Made by a program: the position numbers and the translations under genes. The notes under the pieces were generated by a model, which ran no database searches, was not told where the DNA came from, and saw only the letters and a program-made list of their open reading frames with translations. This document shows positions 24,377-37,369 of a DNA stretch of 64,000 nucleotides, one piece after another. Each line of letters opens with the position of its first letter. The stretch's first letter is position 1. Source of the stretch: Oikopleura dioica (lineage: Eukaryota > Animalia > Chordata); NCBI GenBank assembly GCA_907165135.1, contig OU015568.1, forward strand, positions 10,974,001 to 11,038,000, in the 5' to 3' direction.

Positions 24377-26190
24377 TTACTCGCGAACGAGTTTTTGGAA
24401 AACATGATGGAGGCGGATATTCTTTCGGAAGTCGTTGAAGATCGCAAAAATTCGCTCGTCATTCTCTTGCTCCATTTGAAAAGAAATGATGATGTAAAAC
24501 GAGTGCTAGAGAAGTTTCACTGTGTGAATCCGTTTTTTAATCTACCTCGACTTGACCAAGAAAGTACGTTTTATTGCTGGTGCTTCCACGAATGTTCCAC
24601 TTCAGGACCCTTTCTTCCCAGTTTTCGTAATTCTTCCCCTTCGCCGCCTTTTCTTCCTTCCTTTTCTGGTAAGCTTCGAATGATTTCTTCAAATTCTCCA
24701 TTTCGACGCTGTAATCTCGCTTGTTCGCTTCTCGACTGTACCAGCTAACAACGCCGATTCGATCTCCCTTCGCATCGTTGTTCGTGACTTCCTCGATAAA
24801 AGGCATGAAGACGTATTTGCTCGTTGATGAATAATTCTCCGATTTGCTCGGTCGATGATCACGAATCAAGTACAAGGCGGAAGAGTTTTCAACTGTCTTG
24901 AAAAACTCTTGAACACGGCCGTAAAAGTCGAATCTCGTTTGAGAGCAGAGTTTTCTAAAGCCTTCTGCAGGTTCTAAGTTTCCGATTTTCGGAGTGGTGA
25001 TGAAGACGTCGTAGAAAAAGAGGCAGAATTTGGCGAGGAGATGGCCGTGGAGCTCAACCAGCCACTCATAGCTGTTTGGTACCAGATTCTATAATTTGAA
25101 GTTACTTTTTCGGCCTCGGTTAAACCTCGGGTCGGCAATCTTTGTAGAAAACTGAGTCAAGTCCCTGAAGAATCTTTCAAAATAAGCCATTTAGTTTTTT
25201 TGAAAGCTCTCTCATGATCCTGAGACTCAGGACCTGAGTCAGTTTTCTATACACTGTATAGTATACAGGTTGGCAACCTGAGGTTGCCGAACACAGGCAA
25301 ATGATCTGACCTTATTATCGAAGAATGAGATTTTCCTCGCGGAAGCCGTTGGATTGAGCTTTTGATTCCACTTCTTCAGACTCATCTGAGCTCGTTTTAA
25401 TGTTATCTGCGCCGAGATTATATGCAGTTCCCAAATGTCACGGGCCGATTGTAAAATATACTCCAGGGTTTGCAGCTCTAATTTGACATTACAAAAGAGT
25501 TCTTCTTGATCTTCTTTGTTCGCCAAATAGTTTTTGAAATAATCTTCTCTGTTCGTTTCGAAAAGATTGAAAAACTCGCGAAAGTCTGGAGCAATGTTTG
25601 GTTTTCCAGCAGAGTTTTGATAAAGCTGCACGTAAAGATGCAATAGCCGGATTTTGCAGTTGATAAAATCGAGAAGAGGTTGGAAATCCGGACGCTCGGG
25701 AATTTTCTCTTTGATCGACTTGTATTGCTCCGTCAGGTCAGCTTTTCTCGTGAAGATTGTGAAACTCGATTTTTTCTGAAAAACTATTGTAGAAAAAGTC
25801 AACTTTTTATGTAAAATAACACCTGTAAGCATCTATCGAAATCAGTAAGATACGCTTCTTCAGCCCTAATGATCTCTTCAAAAATGTTTCTGACATAACT
25901 CGGTAATCCCTTCGTTTTTGGCAGGGACTTTGTGATGGTGTACGCTTCTTTGAAGCGTCGGGAGTTGATGCAGACGAAGATTTCGTCGATCGAGGAGTTC
26001 AGGTCCAGCTGCTCCTGGGCTGTGCTTTGTCTTACTGGGATTTTTATTTTATTCAAAAAGTAAAAATTTAAAATTATGACCGGAAATGATTAAAATACAA
26101 ATTAACCCAAATTGGGTGATTGATTGAATCGAAGTGTTCAAATCCCTATCTTCTGGAAATGTTTGCGCTTGGAAACTTACTCGACATCAT
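24377..26190 (-). CDS. KICS2: KICSTOR subunit 2 (C12orf66)
   Basis: VKLELQTLEYILQSARDIWE; YEWLVELHGHLLAKFCLFF; NKTYFLGQVE; HSFYIIISF...NIRLHHVFQKL each match the human C12orf66 segments in order. Confidence 0.82.
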
Positions 26191-26458
26191 TTCCCAATTC
26201 TCAAGTGTACATTTACTGCAATTTCTCGGCGATAAACGTCTCTAGATAAATCGACGAGTTTTTCCCCAGGAGCGCGTTCTCGCGGTCCATTGATTGGCCG
26301 ATTCGGAGGCTCTGCGGGAAACGACGGTTTTCTCCTATTTTAGCTAATTTTAGCGAAGTTTAGTTTAGAGAACTCTATTTCTGAGACCATAACTGTATTT
26401 TTATTATAAAACTAATTTTTGAAAGAATTATTTTTCGTTCAAATTCCTCGATTTTTAG
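26191..26458. promoter_or_regulatory. Putative bidirectional promoter
   Basis: ~270-bp head-to-head gap between the KICS2 and SAP-domain gene starts, with a CCAAT-type motif (ccattgattggccg) near 26290. Confidence 0.4.
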
Positions 26459-29400
26459 ATGAAAACAATCGCAAAGCTCAAAGTCCGCGAGCTGAAGTCA
26501 GAACTGACGAAACGAAATGTTGAATTCGAAGCGAATTTTTCAAAAGCTGTTTTGGTTCAAGTATGCAAGATTTTTTTATTTTCTGCAACTTTTGCTGTGA
26601 GCGAAAGTGAAAGGGGCTGAGGATATTTTTATTTAGAGCTTATTGAAAAAATTGAGTTGTTTATCAACTTTTGCAATTTGAAAAGTGAAATCGAAATCGT
26701 GAGATCTGAACTTGAAGTGAATTTGAAATAGAGCTAGAATAGAACCTCAAGGTCAGGCCTCCAAACTATTTTTTATAAAAAAAAAGGGCTTGATTATCAA
26801 AAAGGGCATTTTGTGATAAAGTAAGAAAAGATTTGGAATCCTGGATAAGCAATTTGGAGCGTCAATACAACTTGGAGTAAGAAAGAAGTCGAATAATGTC
26901 AAATGAGGGAACTTCATCTTCAGATCTCAGACAGGAGATACTGGGTATGTTCTAACGGTCCTTTTCCCTTCTCTAGCAGAAATTCAGGGAATCAGAAAAA
27001 GAAGAAAAAGCGCAAGAAAAAGTCGCCGAGTCCGATGATTGACATGGCGGATCTCGATTCAATCCTCGGAATCAACGAGCGTCTTCCTTTCTATGACACT
27101 CCTGCTCCCAAACCAGCAAAACCGAAACGCGCAGAAGAATCTCCAAAACCGAAAAAGCCCAAACCATCAACATCACTAACTCCAAAGAAGAAAAAAGTCA
27201 AACCTTCATTCACACCCGATATGAAGAAGAAGCTAAAAGCTGAAAAGAAGGTGAAGAAAGAAAAGGAGCGCGAATCAAAGAAGCATCGAATATCATCGAA
27301 AAGAAAATCGTCCGAATCTTCGAATGCTCCTTCGGAAGCTGAAAATGACCCACCGAAGAAGAAAAAGAAGGAGCTTCGGAAAATCGATGAAATTGAGGAA
27401 GATTCTAAAATTGACTTGCCCGATCGTGAAATTTCTAAAAAGCATCAACCTGATGTTTCTACGACAGATTCTTCAAATAAAAAAAGCGAAGATAAAGATT
27501 CCGAGCCGGATGATTTTTGGAAAGAATACCTAGTGAATCCTCATTCTGAAGAGTCTGAATCAAGTTCTAAAACTACTGATAAAGCTGTAGAAAACAGTGC
27601 CAAAAGCGAGACTCCGAAAAAGAAACCAAAGGGGAAGCGACGTGGCAAATCAGTTAAGGAAGAAAGGCTCGAAAAAGAGAAAATTCGAGCTGAAAAAGAA
27701 GAGCAGGAGAAGATACGAAAGGAAGAAGAAAAAAGGCTCGAAATAGAGAAGCAAGAACGGCAGCAAAAAGAAGTGGAAAAACGCCGAAAGATGGAGGAAG
27801 AAAAACGATTGAAAGAGATAGAAAAGAAGCGTCAAGATGAGGAACTTCTCGCCAAAAAGAAAGCGAAAGAAGAAAAAGAGAGATTAAAAGTTCTTGCTGA
27901 AATCAAAGAACTCTTGCCACAGGTCCAGAAAAAGCCCTTCAAGCCAGACCTTTCAGTGAAATATCCGCCTTGTGCGAGAGAGGACGACAAAGAAGATCCT
28001 TCAGAAGTGTCCGACAACTCCTCTGCTTCAAATGCTCTTCCGTCAGCCGATCTAGAGAAGATCGACGATGATCTAGCTACGAAGAAGAAGATCGTTTCAG
28101 AGAAAAAGATCATTCAACCAAGAATCATTCAAGATGCAATCATCTCTAGCGTCAACTCTCTCGTTAAAATAACCAAGTCTTCGTCGTCTTCTAGAGATTC
28201 TGTTAATACTAGTATCGATGATGCGAGCAAGAAGTCCTCTCTGTCTTCACAAAATGAAGAGAGTCAGTCAATGCCATCGCTGGAAGCTGTTACTGAAGAT
28301 GACATTGAGTTGGGTCCTGAGGAAGATATCTCTCGAAACCCACAGGATTCTCCAGTAGAAGAATCGATGCAAATTGATAATAAGCTGGGAGATTGTTCTG
28401 AAACTCAAACTGTGGTATCAGAATCTTCGCCTGCTGACCAGAAGGATAGTGAATCGAAGAAGCATCGAATATCATCGAAAAGAAAATCATCAGAATCTTC
28501 ATATGCTCCTTCGGAATCTGTCGCTGCTGACCAGCCTTCTTCTTCTCCTGAAAGCCTGTCTGACAGACTTGAACAGCCGAAAATTCCTAATGGAAATCCT
28601 GAACCTTCTACCACTTCTTTATGCGCTGAGAAAACTCCTATTGTTCGAAAGAAAAAGCTGACCGAAGAAGAAGTTGAAAAACTCATGGATGCGGTAGAAA
28701 CAGATGAAGAGAAAGACCAAATTTGGAAAGATTTTCTAATGCAAGATTCTCTAGACAAACTGGCTCAAGAGCAAAACACTTCAATCGCCGAGCAAACCGA
28801 AGAACCGGCTTCCACGACAGAGAAAGTCGCTTCAGAAACGCTAGAGATTGAGCGAAAACTCGCGTCTTTGGAAACGGAAGAAGAGAAAGACCTTGCGTGG
28901 AAGGAGTATTTGATGAAAGACGCAATCGAAGCCAATGATGGTAAGATCACTTGCGGTAGCAATAAAGACAATGATCCTAAAGATAAGAACGACTGCCCTT
29001 CTGGTGGAAGTAACCCAACGCAAGTTGAAAGCCTCCCGACAAGTTCAAGCTCTGAAAACCCCCCTTGTACATTAACCAATACGACCGAGAAATACGACCC
29101 TACTGAACCAACTACCGATGACACTGCTGCTCTAGAAGAAACGGATAACATGCCACTTACTTCATTAATCGAGGCAATTGAAACCAATAAGCCCAAGCTG
29201 ACACAAAAGAAACAAAATGCCCCTATCGTAGAATTAAATAAGGTAGTTTTTTCAGTTACCATATTTTTTTCTATCATTTGGAGCTTCAACTAACCCTTTG
29301 AAATATATTTTCGATGAATTCTTACATCGGTGTTAAGAAACTGACCGAGGACTTGGAAAATGATGGTCACGATATTGACGAGATTGATTTCAATAAACCT

Positions 29401-31926
29401 GAAACCTTCGGTACTATTTTTGAGGTTTCGATCAAAATAAAAAAATTTTTAGCCAAAAAGCCTGCTCCCGAAGCTGTTGCTCAGAAAACTGCTCCTGCGA
29501 CAAAGAAAAAGCACCAGCAGCCAAGGCATCTCCAGCCACTCCTGCCAGAGCAAAAGCTCCTCCAAAATCAGTTCCTGCTACTCCAACGATTGACGTTAAG
29601 ACCGATCCGGATCGAGCTTCAGTTGCAGCCGTCCCAAACTTGACCGGAGACGAGTTTGAAGTCACGACTGAGTTCGACGTTGACGAGCTCGACAGCGACG
29701 AGAACGACCAAGACGACGCCGATGCGATCGAAATCGGGTTTACTGATGATCTGGTTGAAGAGAACTCTGCGAAGCTCTTCTTCATAGGCCTGAAGGATAT
29801 CAGAAATCAAGCGATCCGCGGTGAGCTTGAGAAGTTTGGAAATGTCGGAGATGTGGTCGAGTTTCAGCGACACAAAGTTGATTTGGGAACTTTTATTGAG
29901 GAAGTCGCCTGTGTCAAAGTCGCATCAGGTAAAGAAAAGAATGTCTATTGGTTTTTAAAATATTGCTAGCCGAGAATGCTACGGCGATCATGAAGCGATT
30001 CAACAACCGGAAGATTCTTGAATCGAAGAATAAAGTTGTCATCAAGCAAGTTATCAACTTCCCTTCCAAGGCGGAGATGAAAAAACTTGTGAAAGCGGCT
30101 GTTGACGACCGCACTAAGCAGATGATCAATGAAGCCAAAAAGCGCTTCTACGACTTGGAGAAGGACTTTGCTCGAGAAAAGAGATCATTAGAGGAAGCGG
30201 CTAGGTTTGTAGTCCAATGAAAAGAGGAAACTAGAATTTTTTTATTCAGAGCGCTTTCAAGCGCAGAAAGCGAGATTTCTACGTATCGAAAGAAACAGTC
30301 GATGCACGAGAAAAATGCCGAGCGTTCGAAGAAACAAGCTCGAGTGCTTGAGGATGATTTGAAAAAAGAACGGGATGTTCTTGAATCCGTTCGAAAGTCG
30401 GCGGAGGTCCAGCGCAAGGAATGCAAGAAAATCTCCGATGAAGTTAGGGAGACTGAAGGTTTGTTTTATTTCGTTTTTAAAGCAAGCTTATTCGAAATAT
30501 TTAGCGGAGCTGCGAAAAGTTGAAAATGAAATCGCGAAAATCCGAGCCCGAACTGGCCAACTTCGCGAGATCAAAAAGCAACGATCTCGTCCTCAAGCCT
30601 ACGTCTCTCCCGTTGAGCCGATCTCGAAGACGATCTACAACGATCCAGTCAACCCAACGATGCCTTCTCGAAGTGCACCAAGATCAACTCGGGACGACGG
30701 ATGGCGGAATGATGGTGGCTGGATCGAAGACGTAAGAAAGGGCATCAGTTTGTTTTATTTTCAAACTTAACTTTAGGACGTTTATGCGTCTAAATACGCG
30801 AATGAAAGACTAGGCGGCCAGTCGAGCTACTACTCTGCTGGCGAAAGTGAACTCGACAAGATCCGTCGGGAGCGAGAAGAGCTCGCCAGGCAAAGCGAAG
30901 AGCTTCGACGACAGCGAGACCAGGACGAATATCATGTTCGTCAAATGGAAGAAGAAGAACGGGCGCTTGAGGAGGAACGACGCCAAATTGAAGAGATGCG
31001 CCGAGAGAATGAGCGCATTCAAAGAGAAGTGGAAGAAGAGAAGCGAAGACAGGTAGAAGAGGAGGCGAAATACGAACAAGAGCGACTTGCTGAGGAACGA
31101 CGTCGTCAGATCGAGCAAGAGCGACAAGCGGAGGAGCGAAAGCGACGCGAACTGTAAATCAGGGGATTGCTTCGTTTCTCAGTATTTATTTTAGGGAGGA
31201 AATGCGAAACCGTGAGCGCGTAAAAATTCTTGAAGAAAAGAAGCGACTTGAAGAGGAGCAGCGAAAGTGGGCTCAAGAAAAGGCAGCCGCAGCTGCTGCT
31301 CGAGAACGCCTTCAAAATCAGCGCTCGAGTTTGGGTGGTTCTGGCCAGCATGTCGCCGGACCACCGCCACGTCAAGAGTTGCGACGAGGGATGCGTCAAG
31401 AGGAGCAGCGGTAATATTTATTTGCTGAAAGTATAAGTTATTATTTTACAGGCAACATCAAAGAGGTGGAGATTCAGGAGCGAACTCCTGGGAAGAGACT
31501 CGAGAGCGCATGCGTCGTGAACGAGATGAAGCTGCTCGCAAACGACCTGGTATGCCAGCCAGAAGCTACGGGCCACCTCCTACTCGTCCTCGAAACGATG
31601 ACGTTATTGTCCTGGACGATGATTCTCCTCCCCATCGTGGGCGAGGAGGTCATCCACCAGTGTACACTGCTCCGCCGCCCGTTCGCAGCTACAATGATCC
31701 ACGACGTGTTCCTAATTATCCACCGCCTTCTCGAACACCGCCCCAACCTCACTCTTACGCGCCACCAACCGTGCCACCACCAACTACTGGGTAGTTATAG
31801 ATTGTTTTCCGCCAATTTACTTCCATTTTAGACGAAGCTGGCCATTCAATCGCCGATAATTCTACGAACACGGCGCATTTTGTCATTTACTGTCACATCC
31901 AATTATTGAAAAATTCCCTCGATTAA
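26459..31926 (+). CDS. Large SAP + acidic/basic + RRM + Glu/Arg coiled-coil protein (SAFB/SLTM-like architecture; could be two genes)
   Basis: SAP-like KLKVRELKSELTKRNV; 796-aa K/E/S-rich exon; RRM-like KLFFIGL...LEKFGNV...VACVKV; long ER-rich coiled coil. Confidence 0.5.
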
Positions 31927-32123
31927 ACAACATTCAGTTATAACAAGTAAAACTTCATCGTTAGATATCTATATTTTGATATCTTTCGTTCTTGAGTTGT
32001 CGTTTTGCATTTTTGTATTTTCCATTCAAGTATTTATATAATTTAAATTATACTAGGCACAGTGGTTTTCGTGTAGATTGGTGGCAGAAATAACTGAACA
32101 GCAGAGATTTTCTAAAGACGAGG

Positions 32124-33640
32124 TCAACTGATGTTGTATTTTGACTTTTGTGTTTCGAAGCGAGCCTTGACGAAGTTGTAGAGGTCATATTCTAGTGCGA
32201 TCGATGTCTTGGTCTTGAAGAAATCGACAGTTTCAGGTGTTAATGAAGCCTTGTTGAGTGTGTAAGTGTCGTTTTTGATTTTCTCCTCGCCTTCTTTTTT
32301 CACATCTAAAACGAATATCTGATGGAGAGTTTTTTATTCTTGCGTTACCAATAGCGCCATTGAAGAATCTAGGCATTAAAGTCTCAAAGAGAGCAAGAGA
32401 AGCAGGTAATTCTTCCGTTAATCCAACGGCAGCATAGTATTTCTCGATGTTTTCTTTGGCTTTGGTGACGGCCCAGGAATTACGCTGGCGGCAGCGGGGA
32501 TCTTGACCGCAGAAGTAGGGTACCATTTGCCATTTTGGCTCCGTACATTCCTTCTCCTAAAAATTATACTCATTATACTACGCTTTTCATGGAAACTTTC
32601 ATCGTTTGAGTATGTACCATGTCTTTGAATTTGAGTGCATTTCTGACATTTAGAAATACTTCCTTTCCGTATCGGTATCATTAAATTTATGAGCAATAAG
32701 GAAGTGTCATAATTGCTTTCAAGGTTATAGTTTTTATTGGCTGATGGCGCAAATTACGTGCAGACGTATTTGCGCAATCAACGAAGACTAACGGTTTCAA
32801 AAGGTTAATGCCTCCTTACCCTCCGCGAGACGCAATCGTTGATATTCATAAGCCGCTTGCTTTCTGACATGGGGACGTCTCCACCATCGCCTTCGAGATT
32901 TCCGTTTCGAATAAAGTAGTAAAAGCTTCTGAATTTTTCGACAGGATCGCGAATAACATTGATGTAAAGTGGTCGTTTCTGCTGATGCTCGGCGAAATCG
33001 ATGAAATATTGATGACGAATGTAAACACTAGAATCTTCGTTAGTTTTGGATATTTTCATATCTAATTGATAGTTGTTTATGTATAAACACTCACCCGGGC
33101 TTTGAAATATCTTTCAGGTGGTCGATAACCTTCTTTTCTTCGTCGCCCGTCAAGAATGGCTTCTCTCCTGGCTCGTACGGACTTTCCACGTGATATTCAT
33201 TTCTGTCACCTGCTCCGAGAATGTATAACAGCCTTGTCATCCATATCGAGCCACATTTGGGCACTCTAATATTGATTTGAGTTCTTTATCCTTATCCATC
33301 TAAAGTAACCTGTTGTAGATTAGAAGATCTGTGTTGAAATCTTCCATTCTGGTTATATTCGCCATGTCGACCTTGGTATTCGGCCTTAGGCCCGAGCCAG
33401 CTGAGGATGATCTTGCTCCTCGCGAATTCGAATCTTCATCGTCAGAGTCAAAGTATCCTGTATACTGCAAAAATGCAATCGGGGCGATGAGAACAAGAAG
33501 AAATAGGGCACATTGACATCGTCCACTGAAAATTTTTAATTGATCTATTAACTTTTCGTAAACACGATTCGTCAAAATTATACTTTATTGTCGTAACATT
33601 ATTATCAAAGTCATTCCAGCTCTCAGAATAATCGATCATA
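32124..33640 (-). CDS. Uronyl/heparan sulfate 2-O-sulfotransferase family (UST-like); start approximate
   Basis: Type II TM; IYNR|VPKCGS (PAPS loop); LYINVIRDPVEKFRSFYYF; VPYFCGQDPRC; VGLTEEL; EYDLYNF. Confidence 0.85.
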
Positions 33641-35915
33641 CTTTCTGCCTTTTATAATCCTGCCGTTTAAATTTTAAGCGCAAGAAGTCAGATCCCAGCA
33701 CTGGTCTATTTTAGTTCAAAGCTAATAATTTAATAAGCACGATTAGTACTTGTGCATTCTGTGATGGTAGCTAAAAGTATGTTGTTTTCATCTTATATTC
33801 ATTTTTATGGCTCTTTTTAATAGGGCCAAGAATATTGTTTCCGAAGAATTAAGATAAAGATTAATTGAATTTGGCTACCTGATGCATCTATACTGCGCCT
33901 GGCGAACAATCCGCCTTCCTCTCATCAGACAATTTTTCGTCAAATTCTCAAGCTCTTCTACGATTGAATTAAGTCTCTTGGAGAAAATAAAAATAATACG
34001 GACTTGAGTTTGCACCTTTACGGGTTTGTCGGTAGCCGTAAAGACGCTCTAGCACGGCGTGGCCCGCAGGCAAAGCCCCACAGAATTCATGAAATTGACC
34101 ACAACCGGACAACCGATGCTAAAGACAATTCAACTTCTCATGTCCGACATGAGTTAATTTTCAATCAATTTTGCAAACTTCTGCTTGCTTTATATATAAT
34201 ATAAAATTGAATGAATGATATTCGACTCATTCAACTGTCAACGAACTCATAACAAGTAAAAGAGAGCGAAATCTTTCAATAAGAAACTCAATTGTTTGAA
34301 ATAGTTCAATAACAATTATTTATTTAAATGATTGGCGAGAATTTATATGAAATATAAAATTACAATCAAGATTTTGCAAACGTGTGTATTGAATCAAATA
34401 CTATTGATCAACAACCCAGTTGAGAAATTAACGTTAGCAATAAAATTTGACTTTCTGGGCGCTTGACTTCGCAGAAAAAGCTCGTGTTATTGTGTGGCAA
34501 TTATGCTGCTTGTTAGATTGTGTAGGTAAGCGCTTGGTGCTGAGAACGGTACCATAAGCGGCGGCGTTGTTGGTTTCGAACTTGCCCAAGGCTACCGACG
34601 TCTGGTCACTGCGATATTCATCTGGGCTGACCACCAAATCAATTTCTATTTTTTAATAAATTTTATCCGATCAAAATCGAAGCAAAGTCCTTGGAGCTCA
34701 TCCCGCGCTACTGGTAAGAGTTATTTCTTCAGAGAGAATTCGGCCTCCTTTTCGGGTTGTTAAAGATTGTCGTCGTTGATTGTTACCGATTTTACGCCGC
34801 GCAGAAATGTAATAGACGGTATTGCTAGCAAAGAAAGTGGATTAGGGTCGTTTTACGAGGGGAGGGGGTAATTAACCGAGTGTAAAGAAAATAACGGGGG
34901 TTGGAACCGGCAGGTTGACCTGGCCCGCTGATCTGGCCGTAAGCCCTTTTCGGAGCACCTTAACCAACACACCAAAATATTCAATCCATATGTACCAAAA
35001 GCACTTTTCCGGGAAGCCAATATGTAAGTCTTTATCACCAAGAGAAACTGCCCCAGCGAGAATGAAATGCGCGAAGACCAGCGCCGGCAATTTGAATTTC
35101 GCGAAATTTCAGGCGAATTTGTGGCCAACTTGAATAGCGGTCGGATTTTTGAAATTATGCGGCCAGAAGCGCTTCCGTGCTTTCGACCCCGGTTGGGGTT
35201 TTTAATTTTCAGGGTGAAATAAAAGACCCTTCACAGGGCAGATTTGCATAATTTTGAGAACATGGACTTTCAACGAAACATCTGACAACTGGCTCTGTTT
35301 AAAAAGCCAAGTATAAAGTAATGTAACGCGCCGCGTAATTATTCAGGAAAATTGAGAAAATTGAATATAGTATTCTAATCATAGAAGTAAAACAGGTTGA
35401 AACCGCATCCCAAAATGTTAGTTCAAGTTGATTTCCATTTAAACACGGGAGAATATTTGTAGAAAGACTATTCACTTTCTCTCTTAAAAAAATGTTTATT
35501 GCCAACACTCAATTACCACATGTCTGAAAGCCCAGTTAACAGAATTATCAGCGGATCAGCTCACCCCAGGATACCCCAGGATACCCCTTTTAATCCCTCA
35601 GAACGTGAAAAATCCGCTTAAAATTGCTACACGTGATTTTTCGCTGTATATAATCGGAGGGAAATCGGCGGTGGGAAAGCCGGCAAAGTTGCGAATATGG
35701 CAGATTCGACAGGAGTCTTGACTTTTCGAAATAAACACCATTCTAATTTAGACAAAATGAATCCTACAGAGAAGGAGAAAGACCACTGGGCGAATAAGCT
35801 ACTTCACACGTCCGGTATTGGCATCGGACACGGCACCGGCAGAGTCTATCCAAGGTATGTTTAGCAAGAGTTTTTTATTGAAAGGGAGATGAAAGAGAAA
35901 GATATCAGGGACAGT

Positions 35916-37023
35916 TTAGTTGTCTGGTTTGATAAGAGCAAAAGAGGTGCATTGAGAAAGGCCGCACATGTTGACACCTCGTTGAATGTTAAAGTATCCC
36001 TCGTTACCCCAGGACTTGCTCCACGAGTTTTTGACGGTCCAGAAGTCAGTTCCAGCTTCATCGGTTCCGAATCCAACAGCAAGGACGGCATGGTTAACAT
36101 CTTGATACTATTTCATTTTGGAAGCAAACCGAAACTTACCTTTGGGTGTATTTTTGCAGGTGGTAGAAGAGTAGGTGCCGCTCTTGTAGTGCATAAAATC
36201 GTCCACAACTTCAAAGGCGATAGAGATCGGCTGGTACATGACCATCGCTTCCGCCATTTCTAGCTCGTCTCCTCGGGTGATGTTGACACTAGATTATTTC
36301 GATAAAGAAATGGTCTGTTTTTATCATCTTTGATACCTTCCGTAAACCTGAACAGCGGCTTTTTTCTGATCGAAAACGCAAGTTCCATCTTTAGCAGTGT
36401 AAGGGTAGTCCGTCTCAGTCATGATTCCAGGCGCAGCAGCAATGTATTCAAAAGCTTGGGAAGGAAGACCGCCGTTGCATCCGTGATTGTTGAAGGCCCC
36501 AGCGCAATCGACAAGTTGTTGTTCAGAAAGAGTGTGGAACTCGGCGAGGTGAATGGCTTGACCAGCTTCGACGTTGCCGGTTGTTGAGAAGGTCCAGCAA
36601 GAGCCGCACTGGCCCTGGTCCTTGACCGGAGAGACCATGTCTCTGTCTCGCCAATCCCAGTGTTTTGGCATAGGTTGTTGAACGCCCTGAAAATAATTAT
36701 GCGGAATTAATCTAATGATGTTTCACCTTTGCAAGATGTTCCTTAGAATTGTAGGAAGTAGCCGAGCAATCTTGGCCAGCTTGCATAAGATAGAAGTGTT
36801 GAAACTCGTCCCAGGTCAAGTCAGAGAACTTGTTCAAGCCAGCGGTCCATCCTCGCTTCTCCTTGTTGATCTGCTCGATTTTATCGACGTTCTTTTCGAA
36901 GATTCCTCTTCGGAAGTCCTCTTCAGCCTGGGTTTCGTAAGACTTCCAGTGCTCTCGAGTCCAGTCTTCAAAGAGACCGGCTTTGGCCGAGGCGAAAAGT
37001 CCAAGTGAAAAAAGCTTTTTCAT
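35916..37023 (-). CDS. CTSH: Cathepsin H
   Basis: ERFNIN-type prodomain; mini-chain QDCSAT; [11 protein letters not shown]; [17 protein letters not shown]; VNHAVLAVG; KNSW. Confidence 0.9.
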
Positions 37024-37369
37024 TTTAAGATATTCTATCTGATTATGATGGATATAGACCTGCGAACTTTGCTTTTATAAAAAGTCATGTTTACGAAGCA
37101 ATTTGAATTGAAAGGATTTATGTGCCGGTGGGATGCATAAAAATATGATTATGGTTCCATAACGGTATTTGCCGAAGGTCTTAAACTTGATTGCTCGAAT
37201 GTTCCATGTGATACCGTTTTATGTGAAATTTCGCTGAAAATAACAAGACAATAACAGCCTCCTTTGCTCTTTCGGAGTCTTTTATGATCCAAAAGCGAGG
37301 TTTGAGTGCTATCCCGGATGAGTAATCAGTCCATTATTTATTCTAAATCGTTGCCGGTTTTTTAAGAAC

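Noticed and set aside
35562-35587. Short tandem repeat ccccaggata
   Set aside because: Only about 2.5 copies and no further structure
34000-35800. GC-richer intergenic stretch with small ORFs, possible ncRNA
   Set aside because: No tRNA, snRNA or snoRNA hallmarks could be supported, and the ORFs lack splice or homology support
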